NCBI GenBank assembly: GCA_016180085.1
Contig: JACPBX010000009.1
Span: forward strand, 1-60,408
Direction of reading: 5' to 3'
DNA from: Candidatus Woesearchaeota archaeon
Lineage (GTDB): Archaea; Nanobdellota; Nanobdellia; Woesearchaeales; UBA10216
Length of the DNA stretch: 60,408 bases
In this document: positions 1 through 9,013 of the stretch, piece by piece
Numbering within the stretch: the first letter of the stretch is position 1
How the letters are laid out: every line of letters starts with the position of its first letter
The notes under the pieces: generated by a model
Seen by the model: the letters and a program-made list of their open reading frames with translations, nothing else
What the model was told of the DNA's origin: nothing
Database searches by the model: none
Made by a program: the position numbers and the translations under genes

Positions 1-649
1 GCGCTATTCGGCAAAAATTTCCAGGCGCAGGCATAATTACAAGGGAGCTTACGGCCACGGAATTTCAAGAGTGCCAAGGAAAACCATGAGCAGGAGCGGG
101 ACAAGGTTTAACTGGCGTGGAACGCTTGCTCCCGGAACTGTCGGCGGAAGGCAGGCTCATCCGCCAAAGGCAGAAAAGAATTTTGACAAGAAGATTAACA
201 AAAAAGAAAACAGGAAAGCCATAAGGTCTGCACTGGCTGCAACCATAATGCCTTCTGTCGTCAGCCGGAGAGGACACACCATCCCGAAGAATTACCCGTT
301 TGTTGCTGCTTCAGGTTTGGAGCAGCTTGGCAAAACAAAGGCTGTTGTTGATGCGCTTGGCAGGTTTGGCTTTGGGGCAGAGCTTACGAGGGTTTCAGGA
401 AGGACAGTAAGGGCGGGCAGGGGCAAGGCAAGAGGCAGGAAGTACAGCACAAAGGTTGGGCCTCTGCTTGTTGTAGCATCAGAGAACTGCGGGCTTATCA
501 GGGCTGCGAGGAATATCATGGGGGTTGACGTGGCTGTTGTAAACAGGCTGAATGCAGAGCTGCTTGCTCCAGGCACATCTCCAGGCAGGGCAACCTTGTT
601 TACTGCGGCAGCGATTGAAAGGCTGGCAAAGGAGAAATTGTTTAGTTAA
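1..649 (+). CDS. rpl4: 50S ribosomal protein uL4 (L4e), 5' truncated by window edge
   Basis: Frame is open from base 2 (RYSAKISRRRHNYKGAYGHGISRVPRK); motifs GRGKARGRKY and LNAELLAPG; first gene of the S10-like operon. Confidence 0.96.
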   Translation, partial: RYSAKISRRRHNYKGAYGHGISRVPRKTMSRSGTRFNWRGTLAPGTVGGRQAHPPKAEKNFDKKINKKENRKAIRSALAATIMPSVVSRRGHTIPKNYPFVAASGLEQLGKTKAVVDALGRFGFGAELTRVSGRTVRAGRGKARGRKYSTKVGPLLVVASENCGLIRAARNIMGVDVAVVNRLNAELLAPGTSPGRATLFTAAAIERLAKEKLFS

Positions 650-680
650 TAGTGAGTGGACGAAAATCAAGTGAACTGAA

Positions 681-938
681 ATGGATGCTCAAAGCGTAAT
701 CAAGTACCCGGTAAGCACAGAGAAGAGCCTCAGGACAATGGAGTCAGAAAACAAGCTGCTCTTTGTTGTTGACAAAAAGGCAACAAAGGCTGACGTGAAG
801 CGGGCTGTTCAGGAGCTGTTCAAGGTCAAGGTTGTTGGCGTTAATACGTTCATAACAGCCGGGAAGAAGAAGGCGAATGTCAAGCTTAGTGCCGAGAGCC
901 CAGCGATAGACGTGGCAACGCAGCTAGGAATGATGTGA
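681..938 (+). CDS. rpl23: 50S ribosomal protein uL23
   Basis: IKYPVSTEK...KKANVKL...DVATQLGMM; operon position. Confidence 0.96.
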   Translation: MDAQSVIKYPVSTEKSLRTMESENKLLFVVDKKATKADVKRAVQELFKVKVVGVNTFITAGKKKANVKLSAESPAIDVATQLGMM

Positions 939-945
939 CCATAAA

Positions 946-1674
946 ATGGGAAAATCGTTAATCCAGCAGCGAAGGGGAAAGGGAACAATCAGGTTCAGGG
1001 CCCCAAGCTTTCGCTACATTGGCGAGGTTAAGCACCGGGTCTTTACAGCTGTTGAGAAGGACGCCAAGGTAGCCGGGACTATCGTTTCGATTGAGCACAG
1101 CTCTGGCCACTATGCCCCGATAGCAAGGGTCAGGTATGATGATAGCCAGGAAGCGCTTGTTATAGCCCCTGAAGGGGTGAAGGTTGGCGACGTGCTTGAG
1201 GCAGGATTTGCGGCAGGCATTGCCAGCGGGAACACCCTGCCTTTGCTGCAGGTGCCTGAAGGAACCCTGGTTTATAACATTGAAAGCGCTCCTGGTGATG
1301 GCGGGAAGTTTGTCAGAAGCACCGGGCTTTCTGCAAGGGTGATTACAAAGTCAGACAATGAAGTGGTTGTGCTGCTGCCTTCAAAGAGGACAAAGGCATT
1401 CAACCCGTGGTGCAGGGCGACCATTGGCATTGTTGCCGGAGCGGGAAGGACAGAAAAGCCATTGCTGAAGGCTGGCAATAACATGTTCAAGAAAATGGCC
1501 CGCAACAAGTTCTGGCCGCAGGTAAAAGGCCAGGCTATGAACGCTGTTGCCCATCCTCACGGTGGTTCAAGAAGCTCGAAGAAGAACAAGCCAACTATTG
1601 CCAAGCGGTTTGCTTCGGCAGGCGCTAAGGTGGGCCACCTGAGGCCTAGGAGAACGGGAAGGACAAAGCTGTAA
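946..1674 (+). CDS. rpl2: 50S ribosomal protein uL2
   Basis: MGKSLIQQRRGKG; AMNAVAHPHGG; RRTGR. Confidence 0.98.
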   Translation: MGKSLIQQRRGKGTIRFRAPSFRYIGEVKHRVFTAVEKDAKVAGTIVSIEHSSGHYAPIARVRYDDSQEALVIAPEGVKVGDVLEAGFAAGIASGNTLPLLQVPEGTLVYNIESAPGDGGKFVRSTGLSARVITKSDNEVVVLLPSKRTKAFNPWCRATIGIVAGAGRTEKPLLKAGNNMFKKMARNKFWPQVKGQAMNAVAHPHGGSRSSKKNKPTIAKRFASAGAKVGHLRPRRTGRTKL

Positions 1675-1683
1675 AGGTGCAAA

Positions 1684-2064
1684 ATGGCCAGGAAGGAATT
1701 CACTTACCGCGGAAAGGGAATTGATGAGCTTAAGGGCATGAGCCTTAAGGAGTTTGCAGCTCTCCTCCCATCAAGGCAGCGAAGGACGCTGCTCAGGGGG
1801 CTTAGCGAGCAGAACAAGAAGCTCCTCGAAGACATAAAAGTAAAGTCAAATGTCAAGACGCACTGCAGGGATATGATAATCATTCCCGAGATTGTTGGCA
1901 AGTCTGTAAAGATTTACACCGGAAAGGAGTGGGTTCAGGTTTTGATAGCGGCGGAGATGCTTGGGCACTACCTTGGCGAGTTCGTGCAGACGAGGAAGAA
2001 GGTTGTTCACAGCGCGCCAGGCATAGGGGCAACAAGGGCAAGCGCTGCGCTTTCAGTGAAGTAA
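1684..2064 (+). CDS. rps19: 30S ribosomal protein uS19
   Basis: KTHCRDMIIIPE; MLGHYLGEF; HSAPGIGATR. Confidence 0.97.
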   Translation: MARKEFTYRGKGIDELKGMSLKEFAALLPSRQRRTLLRGLSEQNKKLLEDIKVKSNVKTHCRDMIIIPEIVGKSVKIYTGKEWVQVLIAAEMLGHYLGEFVQTRKKVVHSAPGIGATRASAALSVK

Positions 2065-2076
2065 GTTGGCTTGAAA

Positions 2077-2649
2077 ATGAAATACGCTACGGCTTATGAC
2101 GAAAAGAAAATGGCAAGGGCATTAGGCGTTGCCCTTCCAATCTCGATGAAGAAGACTGTTGAGCTGTGCAGCTTTATCAGGGGCAAGGAGCTGCCAAAAG
2201 CCGTAAGCCTCCTTGAGGGTGCGCTGGCCGAAAGGATTGCGATACCGTTCAGAAGGTATGCGAAGGGTGGCACAGGCCACAAGCCCGGCATGGGCCCAGG
2301 AAGGTATCCGAAGAAGGCCTGCCTGGAGGTTATAAAGCTGCTGAGGCAGGCGCAGGCCAATGCCAAAAACAAGGGGCTTGATACAACAAACCTTGTGGTC
2401 AGCAGCATACTGGCAAAGAAAGCTGCACAGGCCTGGCATTTCGGGAGGCAGCGCGGGAGAAGGATGAAGCGGTGCCATGTTGAGGTTACTGTAATAGAGT
2501 CTGAAAAGAAAGCTGCACAGGCTACACAGGCCCCGAAGAAAGCAGAGCCGAATAAGGGGAGAGTTGGCAAGGCGAAAAGGCCTGCTGCGGTTGCCATCGC
2601 TGATGAAACGAAGGCAAAAAGCACTGAGATAGAAAGTGAAACAAAATGA
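2077..2649 (+). CDS. rpl22: 50S ribosomal protein uL22 with low-complexity C-terminal tail
   Basis: GRYPKKA; CHVEVTVIE; ATG at 2077 (TTG at 2071 possible). Confidence 0.96.
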   Translation: MKYATAYDEKKMARALGVALPISMKKTVELCSFIRGKELPKAVSLLEGALAERIAIPFRRYAKGGTGHKPGMGPGRYPKKACLEVIKLLRQAQANAKNKGLDTTNLVVSSILAKKAAQAWHFGRQRGRRMKRCHVEVTVIESEKKAAQATQAPKKAEPNKGRVGKAKRPAAVAIADETKAKSTEIESETK

Positions 2650-3611
2650 TCGAGCGCGAATTTGTGGAGCAGAAAAAGAAAGAGTTCCAGGTGCAGGAGT
2701 TCGTATCTGAAACCCTCAAGAACGCCGGCCACAGCCATACGAGGCTCCAGAGGACTCCTCTGGGCGAGAAGGTCGTAATTTACACCTCGAGACCGGGTCT
2801 CATTGTTGGCAGGAAAGGGCAGACCATATCAAAGCTTACTGATGTGCTGAGAAAGAGGTTTGGCCTTGAAAACCCACAGGTTGAGATTTCCGAAGTAGCA
2901 AACCCGTTGCTTGACGCAAGGATTGTTGCTGAGCGGATTGCTTCAGAGCTCGAGAGGTTTGGCTCCAACAGGTTTAAGGGAATAATGCACAAGGCCTTGG
3001 AAGACGTCCTGGCTGCCGGAGCTATTGGGGTTGAGATAAGGCTTTCCGGAAAGCTGCCCGGCGCAAGGGCAAAAAGATGGAGGGTTGCAGGCGGCTATTT
3101 GAGGAAATGCGGCGATGCCGCTGTTACTTTTGTTAACAAGTCAATATTTAGCGCACAGCTCAAGCCTGGCGTCATAGGAATACAAGTGAAGATAATGCCT
3201 TCAGGCATTGTCATGCCCGATGAGATAAGGCTTATCGAAGATGCCAAGCCGGAGCAGCCTGCCGCGAGCACAGAACCGGGAAACGCTGTTGCCGGCGAGG
3301 CTGTGGCTGTGGCAGCAGCGGGAGTTGAAACTGCAATCAAGGGTGTTGAGGGCGAGAAACCAGAGGCTGCTGTTTCGGTTGGAGGCGCAAAGGAAGCTGA
3401 AGCTGGCAAGGCCAATGAAGTGAAAGCGAAATCCCCGAGAAAAAAGAAAGCCAGTATTGCGGCTTCGAAATCAAAATCAAAGAAACGCATTGATGTGGAA
3501 AGCGGCAATGATAAAGGCGGGAAGGATGAGGCTGTTGTGAGCAAGGAAGAGGGCAAGGAAAACTCTGGTGAAAAGGTAGAGGTTGAAGGGAAGAATGAAG
3601 TCAGTGAATGA
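2646..3611 (+). CDS. rps3: 30S ribosomal protein uS3 with long Ala/Glu/Lys-rich C-terminal tail
   Basis: RTPLGEKVVIYTSRPGLIVGRKG (KH domain); GVEIRLSGKL; GVIGIQVKIM. Confidence 0.97.
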   Translation: MIEREFVEQKKKEFQVQEFVSETLKNAGHSHTRLQRTPLGEKVVIYTSRPGLIVGRKGQTISKLTDVLRKRFGLENPQVEISEVANPLLDARIVAERIASELERFGSNRFKGIMHKALEDVLAAGAIGVEIRLSGKLPGARAKRWRVAGGYLRKCGDAAVTFVNKSIFSAQLKPGVIGIQVKIMPSGIVMPDEIRLIEDAKPEQPAASTEPGNAVAGEAVAVAAAGVETAIKGVEGEKPEAAVSVGGAKEAEAGKANEVKAKSPRKKKASIAASKSKSKKRIDVESGNDKGGKDEAVVSKEEGKENSGEKVEVEGKNEVSE

Positions 3612-3801
3612 TCTCAGGGCCCTGAGCGACGAGGCGCTGAGGGCAAAGGCGGCTGAGCTCAGGAAAGAGCTCATGAAGTTCAACGCCCAGGTGGCCATAG
3701 GCACTGTGCCAAAAAGCCCGGGCGCCATCAGGAATATCAAGCGCTCGATTGCCAGAATACTCACGATATTAAACGAGAGAAAGGTGAAAGCAAAGGTATG
3801 A
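3595..3801 (+). CDS. rpl29: 50S ribosomal protein uL29
   Basis: LRALSDEAL...PGAIRNIKRSIARILT; operon position; ATG at 3595. Confidence 0.94.
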   Translation: MKSVNDLRALSDEALRAKAAELRKELMKFNAQVAIGTVPKSPGAIRNIKRSIARILTILNERKVKAKV

Positions 3802-4106
3802 GCGAAACATGCCCTAAGTGCGGATTGCCCAGGCCAATATGCGTTTGCGAGACCATAGCGAAGGAAAGCCAGCGCATACGGGTTTACCTTGTCAAGAAAA
3901 AATTTGACAAGTTCAGCACGATAGTTGAGGGCTTGGAGGAAAAATCGATAGACCTTAAGGATGTCGCCAGAAAGCTCAAGTCAGACCTCGCATGCGGAGG
4001 AACTGTCAAGAAAGGGAGGATTGAGCTTCAGGGCGACCACAGGCAAAAGGCAAGGGATTCGCTGGTAAGGATGGGGTTTGCCCCCGGCACGATAGAAATT
4101 CGATAG
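3798..4106 (+). CDS. sui1: Translation initiation factor aIF1 (SUI1)
   Basis: CPKCGLP..ICVCE; LKSDLACGGTVK; IELQGDHR. Confidence 0.96.
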   Translation: MSETCPKCGLPRPICVCETIAKESQRIRVYLVKKKFDKFSTIVEGLEEKSIDLKDVARKLKSDLACGGTVKKGRIELQGDHRQKARDSLVRMGFAPGTIEIR

Positions 4107-4116
4107 GTGAACTGGT

Positions 4117-4482
4117 TTGGCAAGAAAAACAAAGGGAGAAAACATTGAAGCTGTTGAGGCGGTTAAGGCCGCGGATGACCCTGGCGCTCAGAAGCAGGAT
4201 GTTTCCTGCACAGATGGCAATTGCCCAATTCACGGGGCATTGAGGCTGCACGGGAGGCATTTCACCGGAGTTATTGCGTCTGCAAGGATGAGGAGGACTG
4301 CCAGCATTGTGATAGAAAAGACCAGGTTCATGAGGAAATACGAGCGTTACGAAAGGAGGCTTTCCAGCATAAAGGTCCACAATCCTGAATGCATCTCTGC
4401 AAAGGAAGGGGACAAAGTTGAGGTTTTTGAGTGCAGGCCGCTGAGCAAGACAAAGCATTTCGTAATAACGAAGAAACTGTAG
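4117..4482 (+). CDS. rps17: 30S ribosomal protein uS17
   Basis: CTDGNCPIHG; YERYERRLS.IKVHNP; ECRPLSKTKHF; TTG start after SD AGGTGA. Confidence 0.96.
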   Translation: MARKTKGENIEAVEAVKAADDPGAQKQDVSCTDGNCPIHGALRLHGRHFTGVIASARMRRTASIVIEKTRFMRKYERYERRLSSIKVHNPECISAKEGDKVEVFECRPLSKTKHFVITKKL

Positions 4483-4503
4483 GGAAAGTGTGGTGAATTT
4501 GAC

Positions 4504-4905
4504 ATGCAACCTATGAAGTCAAGGATAACCCGGGCGTTGAACCATGGCAGCTATGTTGAAACGTGCGATAACTCGGGGGCAAAGCTGCTCAGGATAATGA
4601 CGGTAATGGGCTCAAAAACGGTTGCTGAGAGAAAGCCCTCCTGCGGCGTAGGCAGCCTGGTGATGGCCTCAGTGCGAAAAGGCACTCCAGAGATGAGGAA
4701 GCAGGTTGTCCTTGCTGTTATTGTGAGGCAGCGCAAGGAGTTCAGAAGGCCGGCTGGCGAGCGTATAAGGTTTGAGGACAACGCGGCTGTGGTGCTTAAG
4801 GATGACAAAGGCAGCCCAAAAGGCACGTTGGTAAAGGGCGCGATACCAAGAGAGGTCGCCGAGCGGTGGCCAATGGTTGCAAAGCTTGCAACAATCATTG
4901 TTTGA
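4504..4905 (+). CDS. rpl14: 50S ribosomal protein uL14
   Basis: CDNSGAK; VIVRQRKEFRR; FEDNAAV. Confidence 0.97.
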   Translation: MQPMKSRITRALNHGSYVETCDNSGAKLLRIMTVMGSKTVAERKPSCGVGSLVMASVRKGTPEMRKQVVLAVIVRQRKEFRRPAGERIRFEDNAAVVLKDDKGSPKGTLVKGAIPREVAERWPMVAKLATIIV

Positions 4906-4920
4906 AACTCAGGGTAAAAA

Positions 4921-5328
4921 ATGAAGCTTTTTTCGGCATCGTGGAAATCGAGCAGGAAGGCGTCAAAGCAGAGAAAATTCAGAATCAACTCTCCTCTGCA
5001 CATTAAGAGGTCTTTGCTCGCCGCGCCTCTGGCAGAAGACCTTGCAAGAAAATACGGCACAGGGGCAGTTTCGTTGAGAGAGGGTGATAGCATAAAGGTT
5101 GCCAGGGGTGAATTCAGGGGCCTGGTTGGAAAGGTTAGCGCTGTAAGCCTGAAGAAAGGCAATGTTTCGGTAGATGGGGCTGAACGTATCAGGAAGGATG
5201 GCACAAAATCATTTTTCCCTCTCAAGCCATCAAATCTTTTGGTCACAGAATTGAACATCGAGGACAAGCGAAGGATAGCAAGCCTGACGAGAAAGCAGGA
5301 ACAAGGCCAAGAACGGAGAAGGGGATGA
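4921..5328 (+). CDS. rpl24: 50S ribosomal protein uL24
   Basis: SKQRK...PLH; GDSIKVARGEFRG (KOW); PSNLLVTEL. Confidence 0.95.
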   Translation: MKLFSASWKSSRKASKQRKFRINSPLHIKRSLLAAPLAEDLARKYGTGAVSLREGDSIKVARGEFRGLVGKVSAVSLKKGNVSVDGAERIRKDGTKSFFPLKPSNLLVTELNIEDKRRIASLTRKQEQGQERRRG

Positions 5329-5332
5329 TTGA

Positions 5333-6022
5333 ATGGCAAAGAACCACTTGAAAAGAGTCTCTGCACCTGCATCCTGGCCGGTAGGCAGGAAGGAAGGCAA
5401 GCTGATAGCAAGGCCGAAAGGGTCATTCAGCCTGGAAATGGGCATGCCGCTCGTAACCGCATTAAAAGACGTCCTTGGCCTTGTGAAGACGAGGAAGGAG
5501 GGGAAGCTCGTGCTTAACACAAAGAGCATACTCGTAAACGGGAAAAGGCGGAAGGACGAGAAGTTTATGATTGGCCTTATGGACGTAATCAGCATAAGCG
5601 ACCTTGGCAAGTCTTACAGGATGCTGCTCGACAAAAACGGTATTTTGAGGCTTGTGCCGGTAAGCGGTGCAGAATCGTCTGTCAAGCTGTGCAGGGTAAT
5701 AGGCAAGAGGGCTGTCAAAAAAGGCAGGCTGCAGCTCTCGCTTCACGATGGAAGAAGCTGCATTGGAGCAGCCGCTCATTCGGTTGGCGATACGCTTGTG
5801 CTCGGGCTCCAGAAAAACGATGTGGTGCAGCACATCAAGCTTGAGGAGGGCTGCAACGCCTACATTATAGGCGGGAGTAACGTTGGGCGCACAGGAGTGG
5901 TTGAGCACATATCAGGGAACCTTGTTACGGTCAGGATTGGCGACGAGGTTGCTGATGTTGCCAAGAGGTTCGTATTTGTAATCGGAAAAGGCAAGCCGAT
6001 GATAACAAATACGGCGGCCTGA
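5333..6022 (+). CDS. rps4e: 30S ribosomal protein eS4
   Basis: HLKRVSAPASW; VNGKRRKD..F.IGLMDVI; QLSLHDGR. Confidence 0.96.
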   Translation: MAKNHLKRVSAPASWPVGRKEGKLIARPKGSFSLEMGMPLVTALKDVLGLVKTRKEGKLVLNTKSILVNGKRRKDEKFMIGLMDVISISDLGKSYRMLLDKNGILRLVPVSGAESSVKLCRVIGKRAVKKGRLQLSLHDGRSCIGAAAHSVGDTLVLGLQKNDVVQHIKLEEGCNAYIIGGSNVGRTGVVEHISGNLVTVRIGDEVADVAKRFVFVIGKGKPMITNTAA

Positions 6023-6032
6023 CTAAATCAAT

Positions 6033-6602
6033 ATGCTGTTGACGAAAATGATGAGGGAACAGGCCATGGTGGCAAAGCAGGAAAACAAGGAGAACGCTAT
6101 GCGGCAGCTTAGGGTTACAAAGGTAACGCTTAATGTTGGCGCAGGCAAAAGCACTGAGAAGCTGGAGAAAGGGCTGAAGCTGCTTAAGGCTGTTACAGGC
6201 ATCTCTCCTGTAAAGACTTTCACGAACAAGCGCATCCCCTCATGGGGCCTTAGGCCCGGCCTTCCGATAGGGTGCAAGCTTACATTGAGGAGGGCTGCTG
6301 CCGTTGAGCTTTTGAAAAGGCTCCTCAAGGCAAAGGACAACAAGCTTGCCGAGAGCCAGTTTGACGTGGAAGGCAATCTTGCTTTCGGGATTCCTGAGTA
6401 CATAGACATTCCAGGGGTTAATTATGACCCGGCCATAGGCGTGATGGGCCTTGAGGCGTGCGTGACCCTGGAACGCCCGGGCTTTAGGGTAAAGCGAAGG
6501 AAGGTCATGAAGAGAAAAATTCCAAAAAGGCACAGGGTGACAAAGGAAGAGTCTATCAGTTTTGTGAAGGATAAGTTTGGCGTTGTGGTGGTGCCGGAAT
6601 GA
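6033..6602 (+). CDS. rpl5: 50S ribosomal protein uL5 (start codon uncertain)
   Basis: NAMRQLRVTKVTLNVG; GCKLTLR; FGIPEYIDIPG.YDP.IG. Confidence 0.96.
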   Translation: MLLTKMMREQAMVAKQENKENAMRQLRVTKVTLNVGAGKSTEKLEKGLKLLKAVTGISPVKTFTNKRIPSWGLRPGLPIGCKLTLRRAAAVELLKRLLKAKDNKLAESQFDVEGNLAFGIPEYIDIPGVNYDPAIGVMGLEACVTLERPGFRVKRRKVMKRKIPKRHRVTKEESISFVKDKFGVVVVPE

Positions 6603-6829
6603 CTGTAAGCAGCTACAAGAAGATGTTCGTGCAATTGAAGGCAAAACCCGTAATTTTGCAGAGATACCTCAGGTTCAACAAGCCCAAGGACAGGAAGTTC
6701 GGGAAGGGCATCAAGCAGTGCCTGCGCTGCGGAAACACGCGCGGCTTTATCGAGAAATACGGGCTTAACCTGTGCAGGAAGTGCTTCAGGGAAATCGCTA
6801 CAAATATCGGATTCAAGAAATACAGTTAG
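6599..6829 (+). CDS. rps14: 30S ribosomal protein uS14 (Zn-finger type, N-terminally extended)
   Basis: CLRCG...KYGLNLCRKCFREIA..IGFKKY. Confidence 0.96.
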   Translation: MTVSSYKKMFVQLKAKPVILQRYLRFNKPKDRKFGKGIKQCLRCGNTRGFIEKYGLNLCRKCFREIATNIGFKKYS

Positions 6830-6845
6830 GTGAAGTGGTGAAAAA

Positions 6846-7235
6846 ATGCTGAATGACCCGTTGGCCAATGTTTTATCCGTAATAAACAACTCTGAGCAGA
6901 GGGGAATGAAGCTGTGCATGTCCAAGCCTTCCTCTAAGTTAATCACAAGAGTTTTGGAGATAATGAACTCCAGGCTGTACATAGGCAGCTTCAGGGTCAT
7001 AGAAGATGGCAAGGGGAATGTTGTGGAAATCAGCCTTATTGGCGCAATTAACAAGTGCGGAGCAATCAAGCCAAGATTTTCGGTTAAGGAAGGAAGCTAT
7101 GAGAGGTTTGAAAGGCGATTCCTCCCTGCCAAGGATTTTGGGATACTGATAATGAGCACCTCGAACGGGATTATGACGCACACAGATGCAAAGGCAAGGG
7201 GCATTGGGGGCAAGCTGCTCGCTTACTGCTACTAA
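6846..7235 (+). CDS. rps8: 30S ribosomal protein uS8
   Basis: MLNDPLAN; INKCGAIKPRF; STSNGIMTH; GGKLLAYCY. Confidence 0.97.
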   Translation: MLNDPLANVLSVINNSEQRGMKLCMSKPSSKLITRVLEIMNSRLYIGSFRVIEDGKGNVVEISLIGAINKCGAIKPRFSVKEGSYERFERRFLPAKDFGILIMSTSNGIMTHTDAKARGIGGKLLAYCY

Positions 7236-7248
7236 AACGGTAAAGAAA

Positions 7249-7833
7249 ATGGCAAAGAACGTGACTCAGGATGGTGATGAAAAAGGCATGAAGGAGGAAA
7301 TAATCCTTCCCGAAGGAGTGGCGGCCTCACTTGCTGGTTCAGTCCTCACCCTGAAGGGCCCGAAAGGGGAAACATCCAGAAATATTGAAGGGCAGAATGT
7401 TTCGGTTAGTGTCGAGGGCAACAAGGTATCAGTTTTGTCTGCAAACAGCAGCAAGAAGGAGAAGAAGATAATAGGCAGCTTGAGAGCTCATATTGCCAAC
7501 ATGGTCAAGGGCGCTACAGAGGGGCATGTTTACAGGCTTAAGGTCTGCTTCACTCATTTCCCGATAACAGTGTCTGTGTCAGGAAGCCAGCTGCTGGTAA
7601 AAAATTTCCTGGGCGAAAAAATCCCGAGAAAGCTCACCCTGCAAGCTGGCGTGAGTGTGAAGGTTGAAGGAAGCGAGTTGATTGTTAACTCTGCAAATAA
7701 GGACGCTGCAGGCCAGACTGCGGCAGCTGTAGAGCAAATCACGAAAAGGGCCGGCTTTGACACAAGGGTCTTTGGCGACGGCATTTACATCACTGTTAAG
7801 GACGGGAAGGACATAGGGCAGGCAAAAAAGTAG
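7249..7833 (+). CDS. rpl6: 50S ribosomal protein uL6
   Basis: HIANMVKGATEG; HFPITV; KNFLGEK; DTRVFGDGIYI; ATG at 7249 rather than the track start overlapping rps8. Confidence 0.96.
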   Translation: MAKNVTQDGDEKGMKEEIILPEGVAASLAGSVLTLKGPKGETSRNIEGQNVSVSVEGNKVSVLSANSSKKEKKIIGSLRAHIANMVKGATEGHVYRLKVCFTHFPITVSVSGSQLLVKNFLGEKIPRKLTLQAGVSVKVEGSELIVNSANKDAAGQTAAAVEQITKRAGFDTRVFGDGIYITVKDGKDIGQAKK

Positions 7834-7845
7834 GCGGAAATCAAA

Positions 7846-8472
7846 ATGGTAAACGGGAAGCTGCTTGAATTGAGAAGGGTCATGAAGGCGAGGAAGCCTA
7901 ATTTCAGGATTCAGAACTCCAATGACCCGAGAAAGAGGTTTGCGGGCAGGTGGAAGAGGCCAAAGGGACTGCAGTCCAAGATGAGGGAAAGAAGGAAAGG
8001 CAATCCGAGGTACATTGAGCCTGGCTATGGCTCGCCGCGCGAGGTGAGGGGTACGACAGCCGAGGGTTTTTTCCCTGTTGTTGTCAGAAGCCTTGGCGAC
8101 ATAGCAGGTGTGAAAGAAGGGGCAGGCATAGTTATTTCAGCCGCTGTTGGCATGAGAAAGAAAGCCGTGCTTATCGGGGCGGCAGCTGGAAGAAAGCTCA
8201 GGCTCCTGAACGTTAACGCTGAGGAATTTGCGAAGAAAACAGCAGGGCTAATCAGTTTAAGAAAGAAGAGAAGAAGTGAGCTTATGCAGAAGAGAAAAGT
8301 GAAGGGCGAAACAAAGAAGCCTGCGGCAGCAACGGCAGCTGCAGCCAAACCGAGCGCGGCGGCTGCGGATGTTCAGGGAAACGGTAAGGACATTGAGGCA
8401 AAGCTGAGCGATGAGGACAGGAAGAAAGCTGAGAAGGTTGAGAAGGATAAGATACTGACTAAGGCTAAGTGA
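7846..8472 (+). CDS. rpl32e: 50S ribosomal protein eL32 with C-terminal extension
   Basis: WKRPKGLQSKMR; GYGSPREVRG. Confidence 0.95.
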   Translation: MVNGKLLELRRVMKARKPNFRIQNSNDPRKRFAGRWKRPKGLQSKMRERRKGNPRYIEPGYGSPREVRGTTAEGFFPVVVRSLGDIAGVKEGAGIVISAAVGMRKKAVLIGAAAGRKLRLLNVNAEEFAKKTAGLISLRKKRRSELMQKRKVKGETKKPAAATAAAAKPSAAAADVQGNGKDIEAKLSDEDRKKAEKVEKDKILTKAK

Positions 8473-8503
8473 ATTGTAAAATGAATCTGTGAGTGGACTG
8501 AAG

Positions 8504-9013
8504 ATGATGCTTGGCGTTCAAAAACGGTTGTCGGCAGGAATCCTTGGGTGCTCAAAGGACAGGGTGCTTTTTGATACCGAGCGGCTTGCTGAGATAAAGG
8601 AAGCTATCACAAAGGCCGACTTGAGGGTGCTGATAGACCAGGGCGCCATAAGAAGGCTTCCAGCAAGGGGCATATCAGGCGCAAGAATCAGGTTTGTGCG
8701 GCAGCAAAAGGGCAAAAACAAGAGAAAGGGCCACGGAAGCAGAAAGGGCGCTGCAGGCGCCAGAACAGTAAGAAAGACCGTCTGGGTCAATAAAGTGAGG
8801 CTGCAAAGAAGTTACCTGAAGCGCCTCAGGTTCGAAAACAAGGTTAAGGGTGGGGAGTTTTCAGAGCTTTACGGGAAAATCAAGGGCGGATTTTTCAGAA
8901 GCAAGAGGCACATGGAGCTTTACCTTACGGAGCAGGGGATTTTGAAAACGGCAAAATTGCCTCAGCAACAGCAAAGAGGCAAATCTGAAAACCAGGCAGG
9001 TGGTAAAGTATGA
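8504..9013 (+). CDS. rpl19e: 50S ribosomal protein eL19
   Basis: MMLGVQKRL; AITKADLR.LI..G.I; GHGSRKG..GAR; KIKGGFF. Confidence 0.96.
   Translation: MMLGVQKRLSAGILGCSKDRVLFDTERLAEIKEAITKADLRVLIDQGAIRRLPARGISGARIRFVRQQKGKNKRKGHGSRKGAAGARTVRKTVWVNKVRLQRSYLKRLRFENKVKGGEFSELYGKIKGGFFRSKRHMELYLTEQGILKTAKLPQQQQRGKSENQAGGKV

Noticed and set aside
4551-5426. Long antisense ORFs over ribosomal and other genes (e.g. 4551..5426, 2094..2738, 10257..11072, 6422..7069)
   Set aside because: Shadow frames opposite well-conserved genes; no motifs
8481-8492. ATG AAT CTG (MNL) as the rpl19e start
   Set aside because: Stops after three codons; MMLGVQKRL from 8504 already fits the family N-terminus
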